From: Azolla caroliniana | Taxonomy: Eukaryota > Plantae > Polypodiophyta | Assembly (NCBI GenBank): GCA_043228905.1 | Contig: JBHGNT010000005.1 | Location: 11,408,001-11,472,000 of the forward strand | Reading direction: 5' to 3' | DNA: 64,000 nt | Shown here: positions 48,685-60,428 of the stretch, in pieces | Layout of the letters: each line of letters begins with the position of its first letter | Position numbering within the stretch: the stretch's first letter is position 1 | Notes under the pieces: generated by a model | The model's input: only the letters and a program-made list of their open reading frames with translations | What the model was told of the DNA's origin: nothing | Database searches by the model: none | Made by a program: the position numbers and the translations under genes

Positions 48685-51384
48685 GCACAAATTGTTATAA
48701 CAAAAAATGTGTGGACCTCCTCAATGTAGACATGAACGATTGTGGTTCCGTGTCACAATGTGTGTTCACATGGCAACATTTGCAAGCTTGAAAATTGTAG
48801 TAATGCACCCACAAGCTAGTAAGATGCTACGAGGAAACTATTTCTTCACTATCAATAACAACACTTCATGAATGCATCTTTGTTTCTTACTTGGCACATC
48901 AAGAGTTTCCCGTTTATCGTCCAAATTAATCCTTATTAATTCTTTGACCTTTTAATCCACGAAAAATAACTATGATTCTCTTGGACTCTTCGTCCTTCAA
49001 GAGGAAAATAATTGTATCTTACTAGTGCTTCTACTATTCCTATGAAGACAATAGTAACGAGAATAAGTTGACTCTTCTCTTTCTTGTAAGCCAATGAAAT
49101 GTATCATGAGGAAAATTGTACGTCAAACATTGTAACCTTATTTGATTCTTTCGTTAGAGAACTTTTGGAGTTACATGGAGAAAATATGGTAATGTTTACA
49201 TCACTACTCCAAATGAGTGTTTTGAAATCTTCACAAGGATTTTCTAATGGCAAGCTAAATGATATGGTTTTGGTAACATCCAGTTAAAATCTTTTGTAAG
49301 CCCCAATCTAGAAGTATGATGATGACATGAAATCTCCACCTCGGCACCAAGTTCTTGAATTCTAATTTTGTTAATGATTACTTGCTATTGAATGGAAGTT
49401 TTGTTGCATCATATTTTCTAGACGCCAATATGACATCAAGGTACGTTGTATTGCTTTGGTTCACATTTTCTCAACAAGGACTATAATCAACATGGATAAT
49501 GAAGTTCTATGGCTTGTAATTGTAATTGGAAAATGTCTGCGTGTCTTCAAATTTTTGTGATAATGATGATATTGAATATATGAATAGGTTTGGGCCCATA
49601 GAGACAACTCCTCAAAGACGCTTCCAAATTGTCACACCATAGTGAAATTGCTTACTCTACCAAAATATAATTGCCAAGTTAAAGAACTATAAATATAATT
49701 GCCACACTTCCACTGACTACATAGATTGATTGTAGTAATGGCTTTGGGTCAATAATTGAACTAAATCATGCCCAATTTTAGAACTAAGTCATGTTAACCA
49801 CAATCTTACTACATACGAGAGATTGTGATTTCATAGAATCATGAACAAACAAACCTTGATATCTCATGTCAAAATATCAAGGTAATTAACATTTGATCAA
49901 TAATATTCAAACCATCAGATCCACCATCTCGGAACATGGAAGGGACAACAACTTTTGTGGGCCCTTTAATGAAAACATATGGAGCCAACATACTTTTTAA
50001 TAAAGACCATAATATCTACCCATGCTACAAAGTTTGCTTACCCAAAATCCACAAAAGAAGGCATCAGTGGTACAGAAGTCATCAACAACCACTCTATAAG
50101 TCGTTGAATTCCAATACTAAAATGTCCATAACATTTACATATTTTACTCTATGAACGTGTTTACAATGTATGAATTACCATGTAAACTCATTGAATTCCA
50201 ATATTGATTAAAGTGGGTCATAGCTACATCTATTAATGAACTTCCAATTGAAATTTATGGGGCTTTCATTCTTTATTAGACATGGTGGTTTCAAGGATTT
50301 TTTACAAAACTATCTTAAATTTTTTTATATCTTGCCATCGCAATTTTAGCAATTATACAACTTGTCATTTATGTGCCACAAAGGGAAGAGGTGTGATAAT
50401 TAGAATGTAGATCCATATGTAGGCTTGCAAATATGAACAATCTAGATGATGCAATGTTGAAAAAATAAGTAAAAACAATTACATCTGCAACTTCATCACC
50501 TTGTGTAGAAATAAGAATTGGGATATATTCCATGTGGACTTCATGACATTAATCTTTTTAAGTTAGATTCTCTTTGAGACATTCCCATGTCAAAATGAGA
50601 AAAATTGTACAATGTAGAATTTTATCTTTGAGAAACATAGAAGTATTTTGAAATTGTGATTAAAAATATGCCATTTTAAGAAATTTTGTTCTCTACAACA
50701 TGGAATGCAAACACACTCCTCAAATTGTACAATCTTCTTGTATACACTTAATATCTAGACATAAATTCTTGAAGATTGCTCTATTTTCAATGATACATTT
50801 TGGAAACATAAAGATAGAAAGAACGTCCTAGTCTAAGGGGTTCTAGTCTCTACATCTGAGCTAAAGATCAAGTGCTCCAACTAGGGCAATGAAAATAGCT
50901 TCCATGGTTAGAAACATTATGAGGATCTTGATATATGTGGGAACACTAGAAACGTTGAGATGCATATGCTTGTTTCTTAAATACCTCCTTGAGAACGGAA
51001 CGGGTGATAATATTTAGGTCTAGTACATGTCAAATATTGCAAGATCTAGGAAGATCTTCTGATCATGTTTCTCCTATATCACATATGTGAGCCTTGACAT
51101 GAAGGGAAGGAAATGAAGTACCCCTCCAAAATTCATAACAAGTTGTAACAAAGAGAAAAAGGGAGGGTAAATCCAATGTGAAGAAATTAAGGAGAGTGGG
51201 TCCAAAGGTCTTAATATGATAAGTAATGTAAATATGTAAAGGACTTGGATGAGATTGTGGAAGGAGTGACAAAGAGGAGAAGGAATTAAACAAGTTAGGA
51301 GGAGAATTCATTGTTCAAATTATAGGAGGCCATTAGGCCAAATTGATCAATGTAGAATATGGTATGGTTCAACCATGCCTACCC

Positions 51385-51790
51385 AGGACCTTTTGTAATG
51401 TACCTATATACTCTTTGGGCTGAACACCCGTTTCCAAGAGCATAACCTAGTAAGAGGTAGTGCATTTAACTCCTAATTGCCTCCTTAAAGACATCTTTTG
51501 AATTTTCTCAATCTCATTCCATGCATCAAGAGAGATATTGCCACCCCATACTTCTACTCCATAAAGCAATAATTGAGTTACTATGGCATCGAACAACAAT
51601 AGTTTTACTTCCCATTCACAAGTATCATTTTGGTTGTATTGATTCTCTAAAAGGTAATACGATTTCCAATTGCTTGAAGCCTAGAATCAAATCATCCACT
51701 CCATTTATTTGTGGCGGGTACATCAATACAAAAATATTTAAAACTTTGAACAACTTGTATATGTTTGTAAAGAATCAATGGTGATTCTTG
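51385..51790 (-). pseudogene. LINE (RTE-like) reverse transcriptase C-terminal fragment, truncated by copia I
   Basis: Manual minus-strand translation with frameshifts: IQVVQSFKY...KLLLFDAIVTQLLLYGVEVWGG...IEKIQKMSLRRQLGV...MLLETG. Confidence 0.65.
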
Positions 51791-51818
51791 TGTAGTGGAA
51801 TAGGTTAGAGATGTGTGT

Positions 51819-51888
<70 letters not shown>

Positions 51889-54800
51889 GAGAGGAGAGAA
51901 ACACAAGATAGATAGGCAATAGAAAATACTCAAGAAGATTTTATACTACAAAGGAGATTAACCGACATATTACAAAGTAGGAGGAGAGTGCTTTATATAG
52001 TCCCTCTCTCTCTTCATTAAGTACTGAAGCTCATGAGTCATGGGGAATGTGAAAACTCATTAGTTATGTGTCAAAGAATGTGATTCAAGAGTACTAGTGT
52101 GACTTTTGACCTTTGAGTGTTCATACACTCTCAAGGGTGTGTTCACACACTAGGCTAGGTTGAGCTTGATTCTCAACACGCCCCCTCAAGCTCAACTTTG
52201 GTCGGCTTGTCCGCTTCAGTTGGTAACCCAGTTCGAACGGTATCCGGTTCTCTCTTGTTTGGTGTCCGCTTGGACATTTGGACGTACTCCCCCTCAAGCT
52301 TGGCAGGTCAAGAATCATCAATCCAAGGTCTGAGATGAATTGCCGAAGCTTGTCGTCTCCTAGGGCTTTGGTGAAGATGTTGGTTGTCTCAAGATTTGTG
52401 TTGATGTGTTGAAGGTCGACATCTCCAGCCTGAACGCGCTCTCGAATGAAGTGATAATGCACTTCGATATGCTTCGTGCATGCGTGGAACACCGGGTTCT
52501 GAGCCAGATGAATATTGCTCATTTTGTCACAGTAAAGGGGAATTGGATCTTTAATGGGAACACCCAGATCCTTCAATATCCTCTTGAGCCACACGATGTC
52601 ACATGCAGCCACTGCCACGCCCATGTATTCGGCCTCTGTGCTCGAAAGAGCGACGGTTGGTTGCTTCTTACTACTCCTGGAGATGTCTCCACTTCCAAGG
52701 GAGAAGACGAAACAAAAGGTTCACTTGATCGTCAATCACCTTTGTAGCCAGTCTAGTCGGCATCTGTGTATCCTTCGAGTTGAATTAGCATGGCCGACTT
52801 ATAGAGAATGCCATAGTCCATCGTTCCACTCACGTATCGTAGCACTCGCTTAGCACAATCCAAATGGATATCTCGTGGAGTTTGCATGAATTGGTTAAGG
52901 AGGTCGACCGGATAGCTTAGGTCGGGTTGGGTAATCGTGAGGTAGATGAGGCTCCCGATCAGTTGTTGATACTGAGTTGGCTCAAACTCTGTAATGCCAG
53001 AGTTGGTATCCAGTTTGAGGTTTCGATCGAGAGGGGTTGCCATAGATTTGCACTCAGTCATCCCGAACTTGTATAACAAGTTGAGGATGTACTATTGTTG
53101 AGAGGCCATTACTTTGGTTGGAGTCTGGATTACTTCAATGCCAAGGAAGTAATGGACCTCTTTCATGTCTGCCATCTCGAATTTGCTAGAGAGGAGGGAC
53201 TTGACCTTGTTAACGTTGACTAGATGCTCACCTCCAATGACCAGATCATCCACGTATAGGATGATGACAAACGGGCTTTCAGAATCACTTCTTACATAGA
53301 GAGAATTGTCAGATTTTGACATTCGGAAGCCAATTAGATGAAGATATTGTGTTATCTTTGAATGCTAAACATGTGATGCTTGCTTAAGGCCGTAGAGAGG
53401 CTTCTTGAGTCAGCAGATGGCTTTCGGATGAATGTTGGATTCAAACTCGGGTGGATGTACCATGCACACCTCCTCTTCTAATTCGCCTTGAAGAAAGGCG
53501 TTCTTGACATCCATCTGGTGGAGGTGCCACCCTTTCACTACAACAAGCTCTATCACGGTCCGCACGGTTGTCATCTTTGCCACCAAGGCAAAGGTCTCGT
53601 ATAGTCGAATCCATGTGTTTGTGTGTAGCCCTTTGCTATGAGTCGAGCTTTGTATACCCATTTGCCGTTGATTGCCTTCTTGTGCGGTGAGTGAGGGATG
53701 CGATCCCATGTCTCGTTCTTGCTGAGAGCTTGCATCTCCTGGTTCATCGCTTCAACCCATCACGGATCTTTAGTGGCTTCGACAAAGCTCTCCGGTTCTC
53801 GTACTGCTGCTACCTTCATCATAAAGACATAATGGTATGCCATATAGTCGTTGTAGCCGAATCGGCTAACCGTATTCTTCTCTCGGGTAGAGAGACAGAG
53901 TTTCTCATTTGCCAATGTGAGTGCTTTCTTAACTCCGGGTGACCTCATAAGAGGCACATCAAACCCATCAAACTCACTATCGAGTGAGTGAGTCGATTCG
54001 TTGTTGTCGAATTGATCATCTTCATATTCCGACATTTTGCCCTTCTTTGTCCATCTTTGGACTTGGCCGAGATGTGCATCACCTTCAGTTTGTTGAGATT
54101 GATATGGCCGATTCATTTATGCCATAGCTCTATGTCGGTGTTCGGTTAGAGGCCCTTTGTAAACATGGCCGATTTCACCTCGTTCGATTTGAGGATAAAC
54201 ATTCGGCCTTCCCTTCGACCACGAGCAATTAGTCAGCCTTCCTTCTCGATGAGGCAACCACCTTGGTTGAATCGAACTTGCATCCCTTGCTCCACAATTG
54301 GGCCGACCGAGACCAAATTCTTCATTATGGTGGGTACATGCAAGACATTTTTTATACAAGTTCGTTCACCTTCTTTGTTTGTTCACCTTCTTCCGCATTC
54401 GATCGAGGTTTGTCAGCTCAGACCAGAATGGAAGCTCCCCCTTCTTCCGAAGGTTCCTCGATGGCTTCCGTCTTGTTGCTAAAATTAGGAATTGTTTTCG
54501 TAAGTTGGACCTCATCCGCCTCGTCCTTGGCCGAATCGCCCTCTTGCTCGGCTGTGTCCTCTTCCTCCCTTCAAATGTGTGACATAGAGAATGTGGCCTT
54601 CCGAAGCATATTGCTCCTCGTTCGAACATGGTTTTCTTCAACCGACAACATGCATTGAAGATCAAAGAAAGAGGGAGGATTCTCCCTTGCTAGTACGGCG
54701 GTCCTCATTGCGTCGAACCATGGTGCAAGGCCGTTGAGGCATATTTGCACCATCTCATCATCCTCCACATTGACGCTTATTGAGCCGACTAAGTCACAAA

Positions 54801-54947
54801 GCTCCTTGATCTTCAAGGTGTAGCTTGTGACAAACATATCCCTTTGTTGGATGTTGTTCAACTCTTGGCGTAGTTGAAGCTTTCTTGCGGTTGTGTTGGC
54901 CACGAAAATCATCCATAGATTCTCCCACACTTCCTTTGGCATCACGG
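51791..54947 (-). mobile_element. Copia I: degenerate relative of copia A; gag interrupted by gypsy G
   Basis: 3' LTR ~51791-52178 after PPT GAGGGGGCG. RH, RT (ILYVDDL) and gag RKLQLRQELNNIQQ present. Most of the integrase is deleted. Confidence 0.85.
51811..51883. repeat. (TG)n(AG)n microsatellite in the copia I LTR
   Basis: Direct inspection. Confidence 0.9.
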
Positions 54948-57900
54948 TGTCATGTGGTTTTTCACACACGATATGAAAACTAGTAAATCAATTATTTAAG
55001 ATTAGCTTAATGTATTCATATGTAAAGATAGATGTCTTCAAGAGCTTCATAACGTATTTTATTATGCCTAAAACGGATAAACAAGTATCAAGTTATGTGA
55101 GTGTAAAGTTTGAAGAAAAAAAAAGAAAAGACAAAACTGTGAGGTATCCCACATAGACAGGACAACATTGGAACCCACGATATATAAGGGAAACCAAAAC
55201 ATATTCATTATATCAATGTGTGGAGCATAGAATGTTCAAGGTGACTTGGGCTACACTGTGTGGTGTGCACGTTTCGAACGTACACGCGTGTGCATGGACG
55301 TGTGGATGCTTCGGGCGTATGCGTATATGCACGGCCGTGTGGATGGGCTGTGTGGATGCTTTGGGTGTACGCGTGTGTGCACAGTCGTGTGGATGCTTCG
55401 GGCATACGCGTGCACGACATCGTGGGACACTCGGACGGATGCGCGTGTGCACGGCTGTGTGGACGCTCCGGGCATATGCGTGCACGGCCTTGTGGGATGC
55501 TCGGACGGACGCGCTGTCGTAGTGTATTTCGTACACTATGTGAAAAAGTAAAAATAATATAACCGATTTAATTACATATAAATAAATAAAATAAGAATAT
55601 CAAAATATTTATCACGTGCATAGGGTAGGATTCAAACCCTATACCTCCACATAGCCAAACCTCAACTTTACCATTATGCTACCTTATCTTTAATGTTCTA
55701 CAAATAGATTTAATAACTATAAGTGCTTTATTTGCGCCTACCTTTATTAAAAGGTAAATCATGCATTTTTAGAGTGCGTGAATATTTTATAGAAAAACGC
55801 AAGCAACTAAAAAGTGACTCATGCACATCTAGCGTGCATGAGCACTATATTTAGCAAATAAAAGCAAGGATTAGAAAAGCATCACATGCACATTTAGTGT
55901 GCATGAACATATTAGAAAAAAGCATGTAGCTATGCTTAGTCTCTCCCATCACTACATAAGGATGGGGAGCACAATGTAATAGGTGTGTGAAATATTTGGA
56001 AATTGGATATATTTCCGAAAACACCAACCGATTAATATAATCGTGGGATTCACGAAAATAATATAATCTATACTTGTGGGATTCACAAGTTTCTTATATC
56101 TTTCTTTCAATCTAAATACATATTCTTATCTAAATATTGATTAATCGAATACAATACACTCGTGGGATTCACGAAATTTCTATCTCTCTTTCTAATAATC
56201 TATTCATTACTAGCCTCATCTCATATTCTTCTTTCTCCTAGTCCAAAACCTCAGTGGTTCCCACCTGACTCACGCAACGATTCGGCGCCGAAAGGCACGA
56301 CAGCGCTGCCGTGTGAACGCTTCGGGCATACGTGTGCACGGCCTCGTGGGATGCTCGGATAGACGCGCGGATGCTTACATAGCTTGCTCGGGACGCGCGG
56401 GTGCGTGGATGCATACATTGCGCGGTCGGGACTTTTGCGTGTGGACGCGTCTACGCACGTGCGCGTCCCGAGCAAGCGATGTACGCATCAGCGTGTCCGT
56501 TCGGGCAATCCGTGTACGCATTCGTGCATCCGTCCGAGCATCCCACGAGGCCATGCACGCGTATGCCCGAAGCGTCCACACAGCCACGCAAAAGTCCCGA
56601 CTGCACAGTGTACGCATCCACGCACGCGCGCATCCCGAGCAAGCTGTGTACGCATCCTCATGTCTGTCCGAGCATCCCGCGAGGCCGTGCACGCGTATGC
56701 CCAAAACGTCCACACTTCCGTGCACATGCGCATACACCCACGCATCCGCGCGTCCCACGATGACGTGCACGCGTATGCCCGAAGCATCCACACGACCGTG
56801 CAAACGCGCGTACACCCAAACCATCCACACGGGTGTGCATGCACGCGCGTACACCCAAAGCATCCACACGGCCATGCATGCACTCGAGTACACTGTGCGG
56901 TCGGGACTTTTGCACGTGGACGCGTGGACGGTTTGGTTGCGACGCACGTACGGATTACGCACGGGCTGAACTTTATGGATGATTAGGTCATTTGGACGAA
57001 TTTTACGGATGGTCGGATGCAACTAAAAGCCAAGGCCATGCAACTAAAAGTAAAAGGCAGTGTGGACGCTTCGGTCATATGTGTGCACGGCCTCGTGGGA
57101 CGCTCCGACGGACGTGCGGATGCGTGGGTGTACGCACGTGTGCACGGCCGTGCATGACCCCTAGCTTGCTCGGGACGCGCGCGTGCGTGGATGCGTACAC
57201 TGTGCGGTCGGGGCTTTTGCACATGGACGCGTCTATGGTTTGGTTGTGACGCACGTACGGATTATGCACGGGCTAAACTTTATGGATGATTAGGTCATTT
57301 GGCCAAATTTTACGGATGGTCGGATGCAACTAAAAGCCATGGCCATGCAATTAAAAGTAAAAGGCAGTGTGGACGCTTCGGGTATATGCGTGCACGGCCT
57401 CGTGGGACGCTCCGACGAACGCACGGATGCGTGGGTGTACGCATGTGTGCACGGTTGTGTGGCCGATTCGGGCATACGCGTGCACAACCTCGTGGGTTGC
57501 TCGAACGGACGCACGGATGTGTACACGGTTTGCTCAGACGGATGCGCGGATGCTTACACGGCTTGCTCCGACGGACGCGCGGATGCGTACACGGCTTGCT
57601 CGGGATGCGCGCGTGGGTGAATGCGTACACTGCGCGGTTGGGACTTTTGCACGCGGACGCGTCTACGGTTTGGTTGCGACGCACGTACAGATTACGCACG
57701 GGCTAAACTTTATGGATGATTAAGTCATTTGACCGAATTTTACGGATGTTCGGATGCAACTAAAAGCTAAGGCCATGCAACTAAAACTGAAAGTGGACAT
57801 GCAAAGTAACATTGGGAAGGAGGATCAAGAAAGAGCTCGATATATGTCCCATTTTTTTCCCACTAGTTTTTTTCTTTTCCTCTCTTCTTCTCTCTCCCAT

Positions 57901-58189
57901 TCCTTGGGGAAGAATAATCTCTCATATTCATATTGGACCACTCCTTACATGGTTGTTGGCTCCTTTCTATAAAATTTTTATCTCTCATTTTCATCTCTAA
58001 CCCGTTGTAACAAGATTCTTGAATTATAAAAGAATATATTTTCTTATGCAATAAATGAACATTTTCTCTCATCTACTCGTCTTATATGTGAATTTTGCTT
58101 GTGTTGTACATGTTGCACTAATTCCTTCTAGTCCAGAACCCCGGCAGTTCCGCCTCGCGATCCGCACATAGGGACGGATTTTTACGACA
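54948..58189 (+). repeat. Gypsy G 5' LTR (3242 bp) containing CpG-rich tandem and inverted repeats
   Basis: TGTC...GACA termini; repeat blocks at 55255-55520 and 56310-57790. Confidence 0.85.
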
Positions 58190-58197
58190 TAATTAAG

Positions 58198-58215
58198 TGG
58201 TGAACGCGACGTGAA
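58198..58215 (+). promoter_or_regulatory. Gypsy G PBS (probably tRNA-Trp)
   Basis: TGGTGAACGCGACGTGAA, 17/18 complementary to the recalled plant tRNA-Trp 3' end (TTCACGTCGGGTTCACCA). Confidence 0.7.
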
Positions 58216-58246
58216 AGTGGCGGTAGGGAGGATATCAAGTGCAACG

Positions 58247-60428
58247 ATGGCTTCCACAAGCGGAACTCAAGGAGAGGAATTAACGAAAGGCATGGTGTCT
58301 GTAGTGGAATACATGTTGAAGGTGAGAGATCGAGAAGCTTTAATCGACAAAACTGTTGATCGTACGATCGAGATAGCTGGATGATTTGGTGGCAAGAATA
58401 TCACGGATTTTCTTGCTACCTATCGGAACGAGATGCAACAAAGGGATGTCAATGATCTGAAACAAATTTCTAGCTTCAAACGTGTGGTGGAACCAGGGAT
58501 CCGCGAGTGCGTCATGGAGATCCAAAATGAGCATGCAACTTGGGCGAGTTCAAAAAGGCGCTTCACGTTGAATACATGTTTGAAGATGCATCACGGATGA
58601 CTCGACATACGCTAATTTCTTGGATCGAGAAGAAAGGGAAGAATATGTATGTGTCTGGAGTATATGTCGAATTCGACCAGAAGTACAACCGACTTTCGAG
58701 TGTTTATCAATGAGTTCTCGATGGAGATAAAGTCCTACTATTCCTAAAGGCAGTGGACGCAAAAGATCGACGAGAATTGGGCAACTTTTTGGAGGACAAA
58801 ACACAACCAAATGGTTTGGTAGTGGACTGGGCGACAATGAAGAAGACTTGTAGCCGTCTTAATAAGCGTCGACAATGGCAAGAGGAAACTGATATGGAGA
58901 ATCCACAATCATGGAGGAGGAAGACGCCTATGACGATCGAGCCTTGCAAGCCGATCAACAATTTTGACAAGAAAGCGATGGAAGAATCCATAATCGAAGA
59001 GCTCTCCAAGAAGTTTGAAGCGGTAACGTTGGCCAACTTAGGTCAACGTGGGTCCAAGGGAAAAGAAGCGTATAGATGTCTGTGGTGTGACAGCTTCGAG
59101 CATCGCGAAGGGAGTGCATTGACTTGCAAGACGCGATTCGCAAGAACGTCGTCTATTTGGACGACAACATGATTCATTCGAGCGAGACCCGGAAGCCACT
59201 ACGAGTGAACTTCGGAAGAGGAGGGTTGAAAAAGATCGTGGAAGAGGAAGTTGTAAGGCATGTAGAAGCGATGCACTATGCCGCATCGGCGGGAATACGA
59301 GTTGGAAGAGAGAATCTAAAGATGATCAAGCCGGGAGCTGGGTTTTGGCCAACGGTATTCGAGTGCGAAAAGAAAGGAAAAATAGATTTGGAGGATCTAA
59401 AACATGCTGATCGGAATGTGCGACGAGTTACCGGATGGTAGGATCTAGTCAACGATAACACAAGCTTTGCGGAGGTTGTGTGTGACAACTATGAAGCTCT
59501 TGTTGAAGAGAAGAGGAAAAGAACCGGTGAAGAAGATGGCACATCAAAGCGTCACAATACGAGGAATGCAGGGAAAGAAGGACAAGCCCAACCTACGCCA
59601 GGAAAAGAGATCGGAGAAACAAGCATGAAGCCCGGTGGATCGAGCCGACCTTCTCGGATGGATGTCGATGAATTTGTGAAGAAAGGAAAAGAATGAGCGG
59701 CGCCGACTTACAAGCTAAGGTCGGACATAGAACAAACAACCAACTTGCGGAAGGTCCTTGAGGAGAAGGTTTTAGACAGTCATGTCGACCTTACTTTGAG
59801 AGAGCTACTTGGGATCACTAAGAAGGAGTTCCACGATACTATCGTGGACTTGATTAAGCGGAAGCGGCAACAATCGGATGAAGAGGAGGTGAAAACAAGT
59901 GCCATAACCATGGCAAGATCGGAAGAGGAGGAGGAAGAAGAAGTGATGGAGGACAGCCATTACTCTCGGCCTCATTGGGCAAGAGCGACAATGGAGACGC
60001 CGGTGAAGATCAAAGAGAAGAAAGAGACCATGGTAGCCTTGATTGACCATGGTTCGGAGATCAACCTCATGTTGACAGAATTCTACAAGAAAGGAAGATG
60101 GCCAATCAACACAAACCACAGATAGAAGATACGAGCAGCAACGAAGGCCACGGAAGACCTGTACAGAGCTTGCCCCAATGTTAAAGTCATGATCAGAGCT
60201 GTGGAGATGGATCAACACTTCTTTGTGCAAGACTCGGCTTCACATCCCATCATCCTAGGACAACCATATATCACATCATCCCGGATGGAGACTAAGGTGT
60301 TCGATAATGGAGCGGACTTCGTGCGAGTCAAGAGCCTTGACAATCAAAGATTTGTTCAATTCCTTACGGTGCGGGCTAATCACGAAAGGAACCGAGATAG
60401 CCTTGGAGGCGAATCCTCAGATTTTTAG
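58247..60428 (+). pseudogene. Gypsy G gag-protease (degenerate)
   Basis: RCLWCDSFEH knuckle remnant, protease ALIDHGSEINLM, IILGQP. Confidence 0.8.

Noticed and set aside
48900-51380. Possible degraded transposon or gene remnants
   Set aside because: AT-rich, with no motif I can support without a homology search.
55208-57723. Dense cluster of C/H/R-rich ORFs on both strands
   Set aside because: These are translations of stop-poor tandem repeats inside an LTR.
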